Positions 35,372 to 48,660 of a stretch of 64,000 nucleotides of DNA are shown here, in pieces; positions within the stretch are counted from its first letter, which is position 1, and each line of letters opens with the position of its first letter. Source of the stretch: Octopus bimaculoides (taxonomy: Eukaryota); the NCBI RefSeq assembly GCF_001194135.2, contig NC_068982.1, positions 188,547,732 through 188,611,731 on the forward strand, read 5' to 3'. Position numbers and translations under genes: made by a program. The notes below the pieces were generated by a model. The model saw only the letters and a program-made list of their open reading frames with translations. It did no database searches and was not told the origin of the DNA.

Positions 35372-37179
35372 ATCAGTCAATGATGCTCTGCAATTACTTC
35401 AACATCTGATGAGGGGGCACACCATGCATCTGTACAGGTAACACCAATTTGATGGAGGGAGTGAAATGATGTACAGCGCATATGTTTGATCACTATAAAC
35501 AAACCATCTGAGCAGGTTTTTCAGCAAGAAACTGCAAAACCCACATCCGTCACAAGAGAGTCCACAAAGTATATTCTGGATGGTAATGTTCAATGCATCC
35601 ATTTTGTTAAAAGATGGTTGGTGTCAGGAAACTGTGGAGACCATGCCAAAATAGATNNNNNNNNNNACAACAACAAATTTTGAAATATTTTGTCAAAAAT
35701 CTTTGAAAAATAAAACAAAAACAAATTACATTGAAATAAAAATATAAAAGCAGTAATGAGAAAAATATAAGAAAAAAGCAGTTAAAAGAAAACCATGCTA
35801 GCATAAACTACTAGTTACACCAAACAGGGGGTAGTTTGGGGGTTTATTATACAGGAGGGTGGTATATAAATGCAAAACGTGAGCAAAGTTAAAATAAAGC
35901 ATGCCAAAAAAAAAAACATTGGAAAACACTTGGAGAGAGTTAGTTTAAGAGTTATATGTGTGTGTGTGTGTCATATATATGTGTGTATATATACACACAC
36001 ACACTGGTCCCAAGAATTTGGAATAATAATGTCGTAAAAAAAGATTAAGTAAAATGGCCGTGGAGAAAACCAGGTCTCTCACACAGGATTTTAATTTTTG
36101 ATGTTACTTGCAAAATGCTAGAAAATTCAAAGCACTAAAATATATAAGTGTGCATGTGTGTATATATATAAGTGTGTGTGTATATATTTATGATAGGCAT
36201 TTATCATCTTTAATTTATATTTGGTTGATTGCTTTGTATATTGAGAGTAGATTCTGCAAAAGTATATTTTTCTTAGAATTCCAAATTTGAGATATTGTAT
36301 ATATATGTATATATACACACACACACACAAGTCTATGTATGCACGTGTGTTTATATGTACTGTATTTACTCGTACATGATGCCAGAAATTTAAAATAAAA
36401 CACCAAAAATACCAGGGTTAACATCGGTGGCTATTATTATACTACAGATAAATTTTTAAGATACAAAAAGGGACCACATTATGTTTGAAATTGCACTGCA
36501 CTTGAGTAAACACAGAATACATCACTATACACACACACACACACACACATACACAAAAGTATATTCCTTTTCCAAGCCAGACTGTTTACTAGTTATAGCT
36601 AAAGCTTCTACCAGTTTCCATAATAAAAAATACTGAATTATATACCGACAGAATAAGGTACAGATGTATAAATGTTAGCCCATTGTAGGCTTCATTGTTC
36701 TAAGATATTAAATGCTGGAGTGTTGGATTCAAGTGCCAGTCAGCAAAACCTTGAATCTACGAGCACCAACATCTACCGAGATTATGACAACAAACCACCA
36801 GTGTACAAAAATAGATATATAGGTTCTAATTGCAGCAGGATAACATTTTAAAGCCAATCTAAGCAACACTTTTAACATTTCACACAAAAATAGATGACAA
36901 GATATACTAATTCCAATGCCTTTTGACTCCACCAGACCATTTCCAAAGACCTGAATAGAACTTCGAGACTTCATACAAGAGCTTCATCAATAAATGAAGT
37001 GGTTGGCATTAGGAAGGGCATCAAGCTGTAGAAACCATGCCAAAACAGACAGTTGGTGTTTGGTGCAGCTCTCTGGTTTGCCACCTTGTCAAACCACCCA
37101 ACCCATGCCAGCATGGAAAACGGATGTTTGATGATGATGATAATTCAGATAAAAATCCTAAATGGCCAACCTAACTATC

Positions 37180-37239
<60 letters not shown>

Positions 37240-38054
37240 AAATTAGTGTACATTTAAACACAAAAGAGGCGACCCTTAACAGGCAGCCTTACTTGCTAGA
37301 AGGAGCAGTCAAAACATCCAAAACCACATTTAAGAGCAATTTTGAAAGGAATGAAAAATAAAAACTTTTACCTTGTTTTGTACAGCCATAGCTAGGTTTC
37401 AAATTCTAATTAGCAAATAAAATAATTTGCTACGCGAAGTTCTCATCAGTGGCTATGCCAAAACACTAACATATAATTTAGAGACAGAATAACACGTCTC
37501 CTCATTATATATCATAATTTTACTACATGTGTTTGTTTTCTTCTAATACTTTCGAATGCTTTGGAATAAATAGACACACTGGAATGTCTACCGGCTGATG
37601 TATGTCGTTTTGTATCTTCTCCATTTTCTTATTTGCCATAGAAATTAAGGGTAAACCACTTTTTACCCCCGCCCATATTGCGAGATTGCCACATAATAAC
37701 CAGCATTTGGGTATGAATAATTGGGAACACTACCAGCAATATATTGGATAGGCATTATCCCTTGGTTGGTTTCCCAACCTCTAACACTCACAGAAATACA
37801 TATATATATTCACACACACACACACACACACACATGCATACCAGTAAAATGTTATAAGTCTTATAAAATCTCACATTGCCAAATCCAAAATGGAAACGTT
37901 TTAACACCATTTTCTATGTTGAGTATTTGAAAATAGCAAATTCAAAAAGCATTAAACCTAAGGTTATGCACTAAAGTCCACAAATAAGAAATAAGGGTTA
38001 TAGTTTTGTTGATAAAAGTGCAGTGACTGTGGGGGATAGAAATAGTGTACCAGT

Positions 38055-38091
<37 letters not shown>

Positions 38092-38376
38092 AGTCTACTG
38101 AAATGAAGAGCTACTGTTCCAGAGAAGGAACTGGTGGTTAGCAGTGGAGTTATTCAAACCAAATAATAAAGCTTTCCTAGATGTTTTACGTTTATTTTTT
38201 AGATTTTATTTTTGTTAATTTTTTTTTTTTTTTTTACCCTTTTGAACTTGGTTTGATTGTTCTGTCTAAACCTGACTGAGTGTACTTTGTCTGGTTTCTG
38301 AAAGAAAGAAAGTTGGGGAAAAGAAAAAAAAAACAAAAACAAAAAAATACCGGTAGCTTGAATTTATCATTTAAAA

Positions 38377-38673
38377 CAGTGGTTCTCAACCAGGGTCCAC
38401 GTAACCCTTGGGGATCCTTATACGATTTGGTTGTTAAAATATGTGCAATAATACTTCTACAACAGACAAAATATTTTAACAAATTCTTGACAAAATTCTA
38501 CAAAAGGCACAAGGCCTGAAATTTTGGGGGAGGGTGCCAGTCGATTAGATCGAACCCAGTACACAACTGGTACTTAATTTATCGACCCTGAAAGGATGAA
38601 AGGTAAAGTCGACCTCTGTGGAATTTGAATCACAGGGATCCAGAGGCAAAAAAAAATTGGTTGAGAAACACTG
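38377..38673. mobile_element. hAT (Charlie-like) MITE containing a family E SINE piece
   Basis: TIR CAGTGGTTCTCAACC / GGTTGAGAAACACTG; 8-bp flanks atttaaaa / atttaaat. Confidence 0.8.
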
Positions 38674-39631
38674 ATTTAAATAAAAGTAAAAATAAAAATA
38701 CAACAAAAAATATGAAAACTTGGAATTGTTGTTTCTCTCTCTGATTTCTGAAGAAGTCTGGGAGAAAAGAGGGGAGGGGGGAAATGGGTCCAGAACCTCA
38801 GCTATTGCGATGGTGGGGAAACAGGTAGATGAAAGAAATAGGACTGGAAGATGAATTTTAATAAAGGGAGGATCAAATGATGCAAGCATGCACAGGCAAA
38901 TATGGGAAGAAAATTAGGGGCTCTAAAAGAGGAGAATGTGAGAGAGAGGCAACATGCATGAATAAAACAAGGATAAAAATAAAAAAACAAAAAAACATAT
39001 CTAGGTTTGATGGTTAAATCATGAAAGTGTGTATAAATGTGTATGAGATAGGATATATATTACAAGTTTAACAATATACAGGAGGTCTGAGAGAGAGAGA
39101 GGGGGGGATGTGACAAAGGAAGGGCATGAGAAAGACAGAGATGGTAAAAAGAGAGAAAGGGCCTTATGACAGAGAATATGTGACAAAATCATGTGAGTGG
39201 ATGTGGTAGACAAAACTGTGTGTCTGTGTGTATACCTCAGTCTTGACATTCAGGTGATACTTGTAGATGAATATCATCATACAGGTGAGGTTATTTATTT
39301 CCAGTCTTGTGTGAAAAACATGTCCAGCCATGGGGAAATATTACCTTGCTTGGAAACAGGAAGGGCATTCAGGTTTAGAAGACCAAGACCTATCTCAACA
39401 AATTCTGTCTGACCCATGCAAGCATGGAAAAGTGGACGTTAACAGGATAATGATGAAAGGACAAGGTGAGAGAGAGGGAGATGATAAAGTAAGGCCATAT
39501 GATAGACAAAGACTGAAGGGGTGGAGGGTGCTTGGCATTAAGAGAAAAGAAAGACAGGCAGACCTTCCTGAATATCAATCATGTTGTATATACAATCAAC
39601 AAGTCATATATTTTATGATGTAATTGTTTAA

Positions 39632-39856
39632 CCCTTTTGTGCCGAAATTTTTCTTGTGAATAAAATTGCCTGAAAAATTCACAGATATTATTCTGACCAA
39701 AGTAACAGCTGAAAAAATTTCATTGAAATCCATTTCATTCAGAACTTGTTTCATTCTTTGATACAGATCATACACAAATAACAATTTGTGTCAAGTATTT
39801 GTCTTATACCCTTAAAAATTAAGGGTCAGTTTAAACGGACGATCAGCACGAAGGGG
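39632..39856. mobile_element. piggyBac-like MITE
   Basis: TTAA at 39628-39631 and 39857-39860; imperfect TIR CCCTTTTGTGC / GCACGAAGGGG. Confidence 0.75.
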
Positions 39857-42017
39857 TTAAGAGATTTGTCGAGAGTATATTACAGTAGAGTGTATGTTTT
39901 TTTGTATTTGGAGGAGGTGTGTGTATTTAGTAATACATGCTACATACACATGTACATACATGCAGACATCCAACTTTTGCCGTGCACACAATATAAACAA
40001 TATACAGAATGTAAAATATAAAACAAATTTGATATCAAAAAAGGAAAAATGCAACAGAAAAACATTTATATAAAACCTGACATTTACAAATGGATATGGT
40101 AGGTCATGGTTGGGTTAAAGCTAGATTTTTTTTTTAATCATCAACCTTAGTCTTTGTCAAATGATATGCAAATACAAAGTCTTGGACATTTGGTTTGCAC
40201 AAGGAAAAAACCCGAAGGGCCTCGATGTATCAGTTTATCATATTTCTCATTGTAACTCAAAACACTTTTGTCATTGAGCAGTATATTCTAGAGGAACTTC
40301 TTGGATTACCTAATACCTTTAAGATCATATTGCTAATGAAATGGACTACCGATGAGTTCTAGGTTCTAATTCCACTACATGACACACTGACCATTTGTCT
40401 TCTATTCTAACCCCCCCCCTCCAGTCTACCAATACTTTGTGAAGGAGTCGAGAAGGCAGAAACTAAAAGAATCCTGTTATATGAATATTTTCAGGAATGT
40501 TTATAAAACCATTTCAAGTTCCTTGACTCAACAGGTGAAATTTGGTCAACAAAATTATCCATTAGCTTTCATCATCATCAATGTCCATTTTCCATGCTGG
40601 TATGGGTTTGACAGGAGCTGGTAATATTAGGGATCACACCAGGCTCCATTGTTTGCTCTGACATGGTTTCTATGAATGGATGCCCTTTCTAATGCCAACC
40701 ACTAGGCACTTTTTACATAGCACCATTACCAGTACATTTTACATGGCACCAGCACAGTTGCCTCCTATCTTGCACTAACATCAGTGCTTTTTACAAGGCA
40801 CCAGCACCGACCAAGTAACTTGCAAGACAAAAACCCCTCCTAGCTTCGTGCTTTTGAATTCTCTGCAATAAGAATCTCTTTCTGGAAAAACAGGTAAGAG
40901 TTGGCTACAGGAGTTAGATTTGGCCATAAAAAACCCACTTCAAAATCTGCTTCTGCCCAAACCATACTCTCATGAAAACCAAATGAACAAACAATATCAT
41001 TCGTTTCATATATTCCTTGTTTTCCCACGCTGGCTTAGCTTGCAGGTGCAGGATTTTTAGGGCTGTATATTCTGTCTCCAACTTGTATCTATTTTTCAAG
41101 TACAGGATTTGTTTTTCTGTTCTTGAGGAATTTGAGAGAGTTGCTGAGTTAGAGGATTCTGCTGACAGGGAATGTCAGCAAACATCACCAGTTGCAACCC
41201 AGCTACAAAGGGTGACGTCACTGTTTGGAGCTGAGCTGCAACTACAGGTAGTTAACATTAACACACAATAGGCTTCTTTCAGTTTCCATCTCCCAAACTC
41301 ATCAACCTGGGATTATAAAAGACACTTTCCAAAGGTGTTGTAAAGTGATACAGAACCTAAAGCCATGTGGTTAAGAAGCAAACTTCTCAATCTCAGCCGT
41401 TTTGCTCCTTCCCTTCCTTGGGGGGGGGGGGGAGATAATGGTCTGTTTTTATTCCAAAAGAAATCTATTCATGCCATACCCTACTTATCTCAAACACATT
41501 CTCTTCTGAGTAGAACTTTATTATACACACTGCTGGTTGGTTGGTTGGTGTTAGGAAGGGCATCCAGTTGTAAAAACCATGCCACACCAGACAGGCTTCA
41601 GCCTGGTCAGCTCCTGTCAAACCGTCCAACCCATGCCAGCATGTAAGGCAGACGTTAAACAATGATGATGNNNNNNNNNNNNNNNNNNNNNNNNNNNNNN
41701 NNNNNNNNNNNNNNNNNNNNNNNNNNNNNNNNNNNNNNNNNNNNNNNNNNNNNNNNNNNNNNNNNNNNNNNNNNNNNNNNNNNNNNNNNNNNNNNNNNNN
41801 NNNNNNNNNNNNNNNNNNNNNNNNNNNNNNNNNNNNNNNNNNNNNNNNNNNNNNNNNNNNNNNNNNNNNNNNNNNNNNNNNNNNNNNNNNNNNNNNNNNN
41901 NNNNNNNNNNNNNNNNNNNNNNNNATATATATATATATAAATAATTTACGATGAAAGTAAACAAAGTTTGTTTTTAGAAGCGTTGAGATGTATCGAAAGA
42001 TACAGAAATAAATTTTT

Positions 42018-42281
42018 TTATTCTCAAACGTGTGATAATGGTATAAATAGCGTGATCAGGATAAATTATCCATAGCGTCTTATAAAGCTAAATTTATAAG
42101 TTCTAAAACAGCAGAAGAATTCATTACTGGGCAGTTTAGCTTAATGGTAAAGCACTTGACGCGTAATCACAGGGATGTGAGTTTGAGTCTCATGGCTGGC
42201 CGGTGACGTATTTTTCTGCAATGTATGGATAATTTATCCTGTTCATGCTATTTATTAGCATTATCATGCGTTTGATAATAA
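42018..42281. mobile_element. MITE with ~57-bp TIRs enclosing a tRNA-like sequence
   Basis: Arms 42018-42074 and 42224-42281 are ~88% complementary. Confidence 0.8.
42130..42201 (+). pseudogene. Degenerate tRNA, anticodon CGT (Thr-like)
   Basis: D stem GCTT/AAGC, anticodon loop CG-CGT-AA, T stem GTGAG/CTCAT with loop TTTGAGT; acceptor stem has a mismatch and the anticodon stem a 1-nt bulge. Confidence 0.65.
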
Positions 42282-42957
42282 AAGACATTTATTTCTGTAT
42301 ATATGAATAAATTTTAAAAATACTAATTTAATCAACAATCAACATGGACAAAATGAAGAACCATGCATGAAGAACACAACACAACTAGAGGGGTGGGGGA
42401 ATGAATCTTTCAGGATCGGTGCCACCAAATTTTCAGACATCATTAAAAATGCAAGCATCTACAGACATGACTTTGTAATCAAACTACAGTTACCGTTCTT
42501 GTGGAAAAGAAGGGAATTAAATAAAGAAAAGATACATTGTTCACTATTTCAAAAGAAAACAAGTAACACTCTATCGATTCATAAAAGAAAACAAGGGGTC
42601 CTTTTTCTCTCGTGCATTCATGTGATTTCCATAAAACATTTGAAATGGAACAAGTTTGAAATTATTTTCACATGTCTGCCTGTCTCTATTGTGGCTGGAA
42701 TTGTGCACATTTCACCATTTCCTTTTCACTCCCCCCCCCCCAGTCTTAGGTGAACATTTTCTGGTTATAGAGGTTTCTATGTAAGCCAAGAAGTTAAAAG
42801 ATATATTTATACAACAACAAAAGAAACAGACACCAACAAGAGAATATACACTGGACTTTGTATTATAACACAAACAAACTACTTAAAATCTTTTAACATG
42901 ACCTCTGATACTTGGATGATGTGTTTCAAATGCCAAACTTTGGGGAGAAGAATAACA

Positions 42958-43235
42958 TGCCATCATCATCATCGTCATTCAACATCCGCTTTCCATGCTG
43001 GCATGGGTTGGACAGTTTGACTGGCAAGCCAGAAGGCTGCACCAGGCTCCAATCTGATCTGGCAATGTTTCTACAGCTGGATGCCCTTCCTAATGCCAAC
43101 CACTCCGAGAGTGTAGTCGGTGCTTTTTACGCGCTCCTTGCATGAGGGCCAGTCTGGCAGCACTGGAATCAACCATGCTTGAATGGTGCTTTTTACGTGC
43201 CACCAGCATGGGAGCCAGTCCGGTGGCACTGGCAC
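42958..43235 (-). mobile_element. RTE 3' tail copy (further short copies near 7650, 21930, 30293, 32150, 37000, 40570, 41540, 44768, 47632, 50100, 53230, 60245, 62690)
   Basis: The conserved motif ctggatgcccttcctaa(c/t)gccaacc and the CAT/GAT tail recur at each listed site. Confidence 0.8.
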
Positions 43236-43937
43236 TGGCACTCCTAACTTATAAACTTTGAAGTCATATCTGTTGCAGGCATTTTGGCATGAATCTTAGC
43301 AGTAAGCTTTTACCCCTAGTATGAGAAATAGGTACCAGATTGTCTGAAAGAGAAAGTGGCCTGTGAGACTAGCACCCTATCCAGGGGCAGTAGTCATCTC
43401 ATTCCATCACCATGGAAACTGGGTTTAAGCCCTGGCTGGAAGGAACTTTAAGAATGGTGAATAATATTAAGGGATTTATGGCTACGTGGTTAAGCGGTTT
43501 GCTTTGAAAAAATGTGGTTCCAGGGTCAAACCCTATGTGCAGAATCTTGGGCTAGCGTCTTCTACTTTGCATAGCCTTGGATTAACCAATAGCTTGTACA
43601 TGGAATTTGGTGGACAGAAACTGTGCAAAGCCTTGTGTGCATGTGTGTGTGCGTGCATGACTGTGTGTGTGTGTGTGTGTGTGTGAGTGTGTGTGCATGC
43701 GTGCCTTTCACTGATATATTCTTTTACTTTGTTTCAGTCATCTGACTGCAGCCATGCTAAAGCAAATTGACCCCAGGACTTATTCTTTGTAAGCCTAGTA
43801 CTTATTCTATTGGTCTCTTTTGCCAAACCACTAAGTTATGGGGATGTAAACGCACTAGCATTGGTTGTCAAATGATGTTGGGAGGACAAACACAGACACA
43901 CAAACATACACACACACACACATATATATATATATAC

Positions 43938-43980
<43 letters not shown>

Positions 43981-44569
43981 CGACATGCCTCTTTCACTTT
44001 CTGTCTACCAAAACCACTCACAAGGCTTTGGTTGGCCCAAGGTGCCACACAGTGGGACTGAAACCGGAACCATGTGGTTGGTAAGCAAGCTACTTACCAC
44101 ACAGCCACTCTTGCGAGTATCAGTGAAAGAATAAAAACGTCAAGAAGAAAACTGAGAAACTTGTGCTCTAAGAACAAAGTCCCTTGAGATATTTGTTCCA
44201 CACCAAATTATAGACACTCTCGTTATTGTTGCTCTGTCAGAAAAGCAGTGAACAAGTGACTGACTTGCTGAAACTTTATAACCAACAACACTATCATTCA
44301 CAAACTACAAGAGGAAACCCCATCCGATTTCATCCTTCCTCTCCTTTTCTTCCTCCGACACTAACCATTTGAACTAAAATAAAACTAGCAATTCTTAAAA
44401 CACTACTTACCAACTTACTCGATATAAATCGTTTCGGATACTAAAAAAATTAAGAATTGAATAAAAGGTCGTCTTAAACAGTTCTTTTAATGAGAAGAAA
44501 GGAAAGAAAAAAAAAGATACATCAAAAATCTCATAATAACCTAAGGTTAAAAAAAGACAAACAATATAC

Positions 44570-44738
44570 CTTTGTGATAACTTCAAAACCTGGTTCGTCT
44601 TGTTGGTTAATCTCCATGCCAGGTAAGTCTTCGTTAAACATGACAGCTATTTCATCAAGTGGACGAGAATTCATGTGAGACGGTTGTAGGAGAGCATCTC
44701 GGAAGAAACTCGTGACTTTTGAAAAACCTCCCAATGTA
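44570..44738 (-). CDS. TBC1D15: TBC1D15/17 exon, 5' part lost in N gap (TLGGFSKVTSFFRDALLQPSHMNSRPLDEIAVMFNEDLPGMEINQQDEPGFEVITK)
   Basis: GFSKVT and INQQDEPGFEVIT motifs; donor GTATAT at 44569; the acceptor lies inside the gap at 44739-44748. Confidence 0.93.
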
Positions 44739-45229
44739 NNNNNNNNNNGTCATTTAATGTAAATGTTGTGGCTGAGTTCCTTTTGAGTGTTGGGCCTCAC
44801 GGAGTCAATGACCAAGACCTTTGGCATTATGTCGTGCTTGAAATCACAGTTGTGGCAGATACCAGTGTCATGCAAATTGGCACACAGATGGCACCCATGC
44901 CGGTGGCACCCATGCTGGTGGCACATAAAAGCACACATTACACTCTTGGAGTGGTTGGCGCTAGGAAGGGCATCCAGCCGGAGAAAACCATGCCAGATCA
45001 GACTGGAGTCTGGTGCAGCCTTCCGGCGTGCCAGCCCAGTCAAACTGTCCAACCCATACCAGCATGGGCAATGGACGCTGAATGATGATGCTCAATGGTG
45101 TCATGGGTTTGACAAGATCCGACAACCATTTCACAGCAACTTGTTTCATGATACCAGCACAAATGGCTTGCAAGACTAGGAATCACCATTTCCCATTTCT
45201 GTGGTGCCCCACTTCCCTTGGTGCCTTAA

Positions 45230-46118
45230 CCCTTTCGTTACTATATTTCTGACCAAAATACACCCCTCATGAGTTTCAATTAAATTCTAAAATAATCATG
45301 AATTTAGACTAGTCTCATTGAACACCTGTAACTTTTTTATTTATCAACATATTAATGTGATATTTGGAACATAATTAAAGAAAGGGTTCNNNNNNNNNNN
45401 NNNNNNNNNNNNNNNNNNNNNNNNNNNNNNNNNNNNNNNNNNNNNNNNNNNNNNNNNNNNNNNNNNNNNNNNNNNNNNNNNNNNNNNNNNNNNNNNNNNN
45501 NNNNNNNNNNNNNNNNNNNNNNNNNNNNNNNNNNNNNNNNNNNNNNNNNNNNNNNNNNNNNNNNNNNNNNNNNNNNNNNNNNNNNNNNNNNNNNNNNNNN
45601 NNNNNNNNNNNNNNNNNNNNNNNNNNNNNNNNNNNNNNNNNNNNNNNNNNNNNNNNNNNNNNNNNNNNNNNNNNNNNNNNNNNNNNNNNNNNNNNNNNNN
45701 NNNNNNNNNNNNNNNNNNNNNNNNNNNNNNNNNNNNNNNNNNNNNNNNNNNNNNNNNNNNNNNNNNNNNNNNNNNNNNNNNNNNNNNNNNNNNNNNNNNN
45801 NNNNNNNNNNNNNNNNNNNNNNNNNNNNNNNNNNNNNNNNNNNNNNNNNNNNNNCCATCTTCAAAGTTGAAAAAAATCAACGCCGCAAAAAATGTGGAAA
45901 AAAATCTTCCAAAATTCCCTGAGTTCAAATATCACGCCAAACAATGTGGGAGACAATAACTCAACTGTTTGCAAAGTGAAATCAGGTGTTTTAACGAATG
46001 TATTAACGAGAATTGGGTTCAAATATACATTTAAATAACAATGGGTACGCTCGGCCGGGTTAGTCTTATGAACCAAAAATTTTTTCGGCCGGCAACGGCC
46101 GGGTTAGTAACGAAAGGG
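45230..46118. mobile_element. piggyBac-superfamily non-autonomous element (interior partly in gap)
   Basis: TTAA TSDs at 45226-45229 and 46119-46122; perfect 14-bp TIR CCCTTTCGTTACTA. Confidence 0.9.
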
Positions 46119-46514
46119 TTAAGCACGTGCTTAATCCAGCGCTGGCTAGTTGTGAATGGGGACAGAAGAACTGAGAGTGTGGGTGGGTAATGGTTGCAAG
46201 GGTGTAGGGGGGAGATGGGAAGGGAATAAAACAAAGAGCACACGTGGAATGGTTTGAGCAATTGGTTTTAGACATGGCAACACTGCTCACTGTTACTCAG
46301 CCGATCATAATGGAGAAGTAGTACTTCATTTGAGTCAATCGGAAAGAATGAGAATAGATAGGGGGAGACAACTACACTGTGTCTCTCACAGCTCAATAGG
46401 ATCAGCCAGTAACATATTGGGACTAAACGAAATTACAGTAAACCCTCAACTATCAAGGGTGTTATGTTCCAAAACACCCCATGATAGATGAAAATCTGCA
46501 AAGTAGAAACAGTA

Positions 46515-46746
46515 AGGCAGCGAGCTGGCAGAAATGTTAGCACGGTGGCCGAAATGCTTAGCGGTATTTCGTCTGCTGTGACGTTCTGAGTTCAAATTCT
46601 GCCAAGGTTGACTTTGCTTTTCATCCTTTCGGGGTTGATAAATGAAGTACCAGTTACGCACTGGGGTCGATGTAATCGACTTAATCCCTTTGTCTGTCCT
46701 TGTTTGTCCCCTCTATGTTTAGCCCCTTGTGGGCAGTAAAGAAATA
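46515..46746 (+). mobile_element. tRNA-derived SINE family E, full length
   Basis: 10-bp TSD AGAAACAGTA at 46505-46514 and 46747-46756; B box gagttcaaattc; central ctttcatcctttcggggtcgataa...gtaccag block that resembles the MetaSINE-type domain (from memory, unverified). Confidence 0.85.
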
Positions 46747-47995
46747 AGAAACAGTACTGTATATTTTTTCACATTATTTTTGGCTCATAGGTGCAGGAGT
46801 GGCCGTGTGGTAAGTAGTTTGCTTACCAACTACATGGTTCCAGGTTCCGTCCCACTGCATGGCACCTTGGGCAAGTGTCTTCTACTATAGCCTCAGGGCA
46901 ACCAAGGCCTTGTGAGTGGATTTGGTAGACGGAAACTGAAAGAAACCCGTCATGTGTGTATATATATATATATATATATGCGTGTGTGTACATAGGTATG
47001 TGCTTGTCTGTCTGTCCTCTCACCAGCATCACTTGACAACCGATGCTGGTGTGTTTACATCCCCGTAAATTATTTTGAGAATAATGAAGAATTTATCAAA
47101 ATTTGGAACTTAACTTAAAATGAAATTTTGATGATAAAGTTTTAATTAGATCACTTTAAAACAGAAGATTTGTTTCACAGAAGCAGGAGCAATTGCGAGG
47201 GGTGGGGGGATCATAAGAATTACTCAGGAGTTTTAAATCTTTCTAATGATATTTTGATGGCAGATTCTAATTGAGAACCCATGGAATCTCCAACAGGAGA
47301 ACAGGGATGCCTCCCTTACATGTAAAAAAAAAAAAGGAAAAAGAAATCAAATGAGAGGAGCCTATAAGTAGTCATTCACTTTTGCTAGAAATAGCCTTCA
47401 AATCTCCCTCAAAGCACAACACTAAATGCATAGACACAGCTGGGGTTAAGAAGGTTGCTTCCGACTTCATGGTCCTGGGTTTTGGTCCCACTGTGTGATA
47501 CCTCTGGCAAGTGATGTCTTCTATAACCCTGGGCTGACCAAAGCCTTGTGAGTGGATATGGTAACGGAAACTGAAAGAAGCCTTTGTTTAAGTGCATAAG
47601 TGTATGTTTGTGTTTCCTTGTCTTGACATCATGCCATCATCATCATCATTTAACGTCCATTGTCCATGCTGGCATGGGTTGGACTGTTTGACCGGGGCTG
47701 GCCAGCTGGAAGGCTGCACCAGACTCCAGTCTGATTTGGCATGGCTTTCTATGGCTGGATGCCCTTCATAAGGCCAACCACTCCAAGAGTGTAACAGGAG
47801 CTTTTATGTGCCACCGGCACAAGTGCCATTTGTGTGACACTGGGTGCGTTTACATTCCGCTAGCACGGGTGCTAATTTGCATGGCACCAGTATCTGCCTT
47901 AACTGCAATTTTGATCAGCTCAATGGGTCTTGTCAAGCATGTTGTAAACCAATAGTTCTCAACTAGGATCCATATAGGATTTTTGGCGAAAAGTT

Positions 47996-48660
47996 GGACT
48001 TAAGAAGCATCAGATATGGTGTGCCAGAGAGACGACTGCAGTGGTATGGTCATGTGATGCGAATGGATGAGGACAGCTGTGTGAAAAAGCGTCACACCCT
48101 AAGCAGTTGAGGGAACCTGTGGAAGAGGTAGACCCAGGAAGACCTAGGATGAGGAGGTGAAGCTCGATCTTCAAACATTGGGCCTCAACCAGGCAATGAT
48201 TAGTGACCGAGACCTTTGGAGATATGCTGTGCTTGAGAAGACCCGACAAGCCAGGTGAGACCATAACCCGTGGCCTATGCCAGTGGTGTATAACCAGCCC
48301 GCTTATGGATACCCCTCATTCATTTGACAATAAACTTTGCTTGTGAAGACCTACTGAGGCAAGTGAAATCAGAATCGCTGATGTGGTCGATGACAGTACC
48401 ACCTGATTAGCACTCATGCCAGTGGAATGTTAAAAGCACCATCCAAGCGTGATCGTTGCCAGGGCTGCTGACTGGCTCTCGTGCAGGTGGCACGTAAAAG
48501 CACCCACTACACTCTCGGAGTGGTTGGCGTTAGGAAGAGCATCCAGCTGTAGAAACTTTGCCAGAGGCTGGTGCAGCCTCCTGGCTTCCCAGTCCCCAGT
48601 CAAACCGTCCAACCCATGCCAGCATGCAAAAAGGCACGTTAAACGACGACAATGATGATG
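47996..48660 (+). mobile_element. RTE LINE 3' end (ORF end + 3' UTR + tail)
   Basis: RRLQWYGHVMRMDEDSCVKK...GRGRPRKT, then the same 3' UTR and GAT tail. Confidence 0.9.

Noticed and set aside
35406-35412. CTGATGA boxes here, at 57932-57938 and on minus at 37443-37449
   Set aside because: No correctly spaced GAAA or supporting stems, so not hammerheads.
36729-36974. 81-codon ORF on minus
   Set aside because: No recognisable domain, no splice support, stops in neighbouring frames; probably decayed TE or chance.
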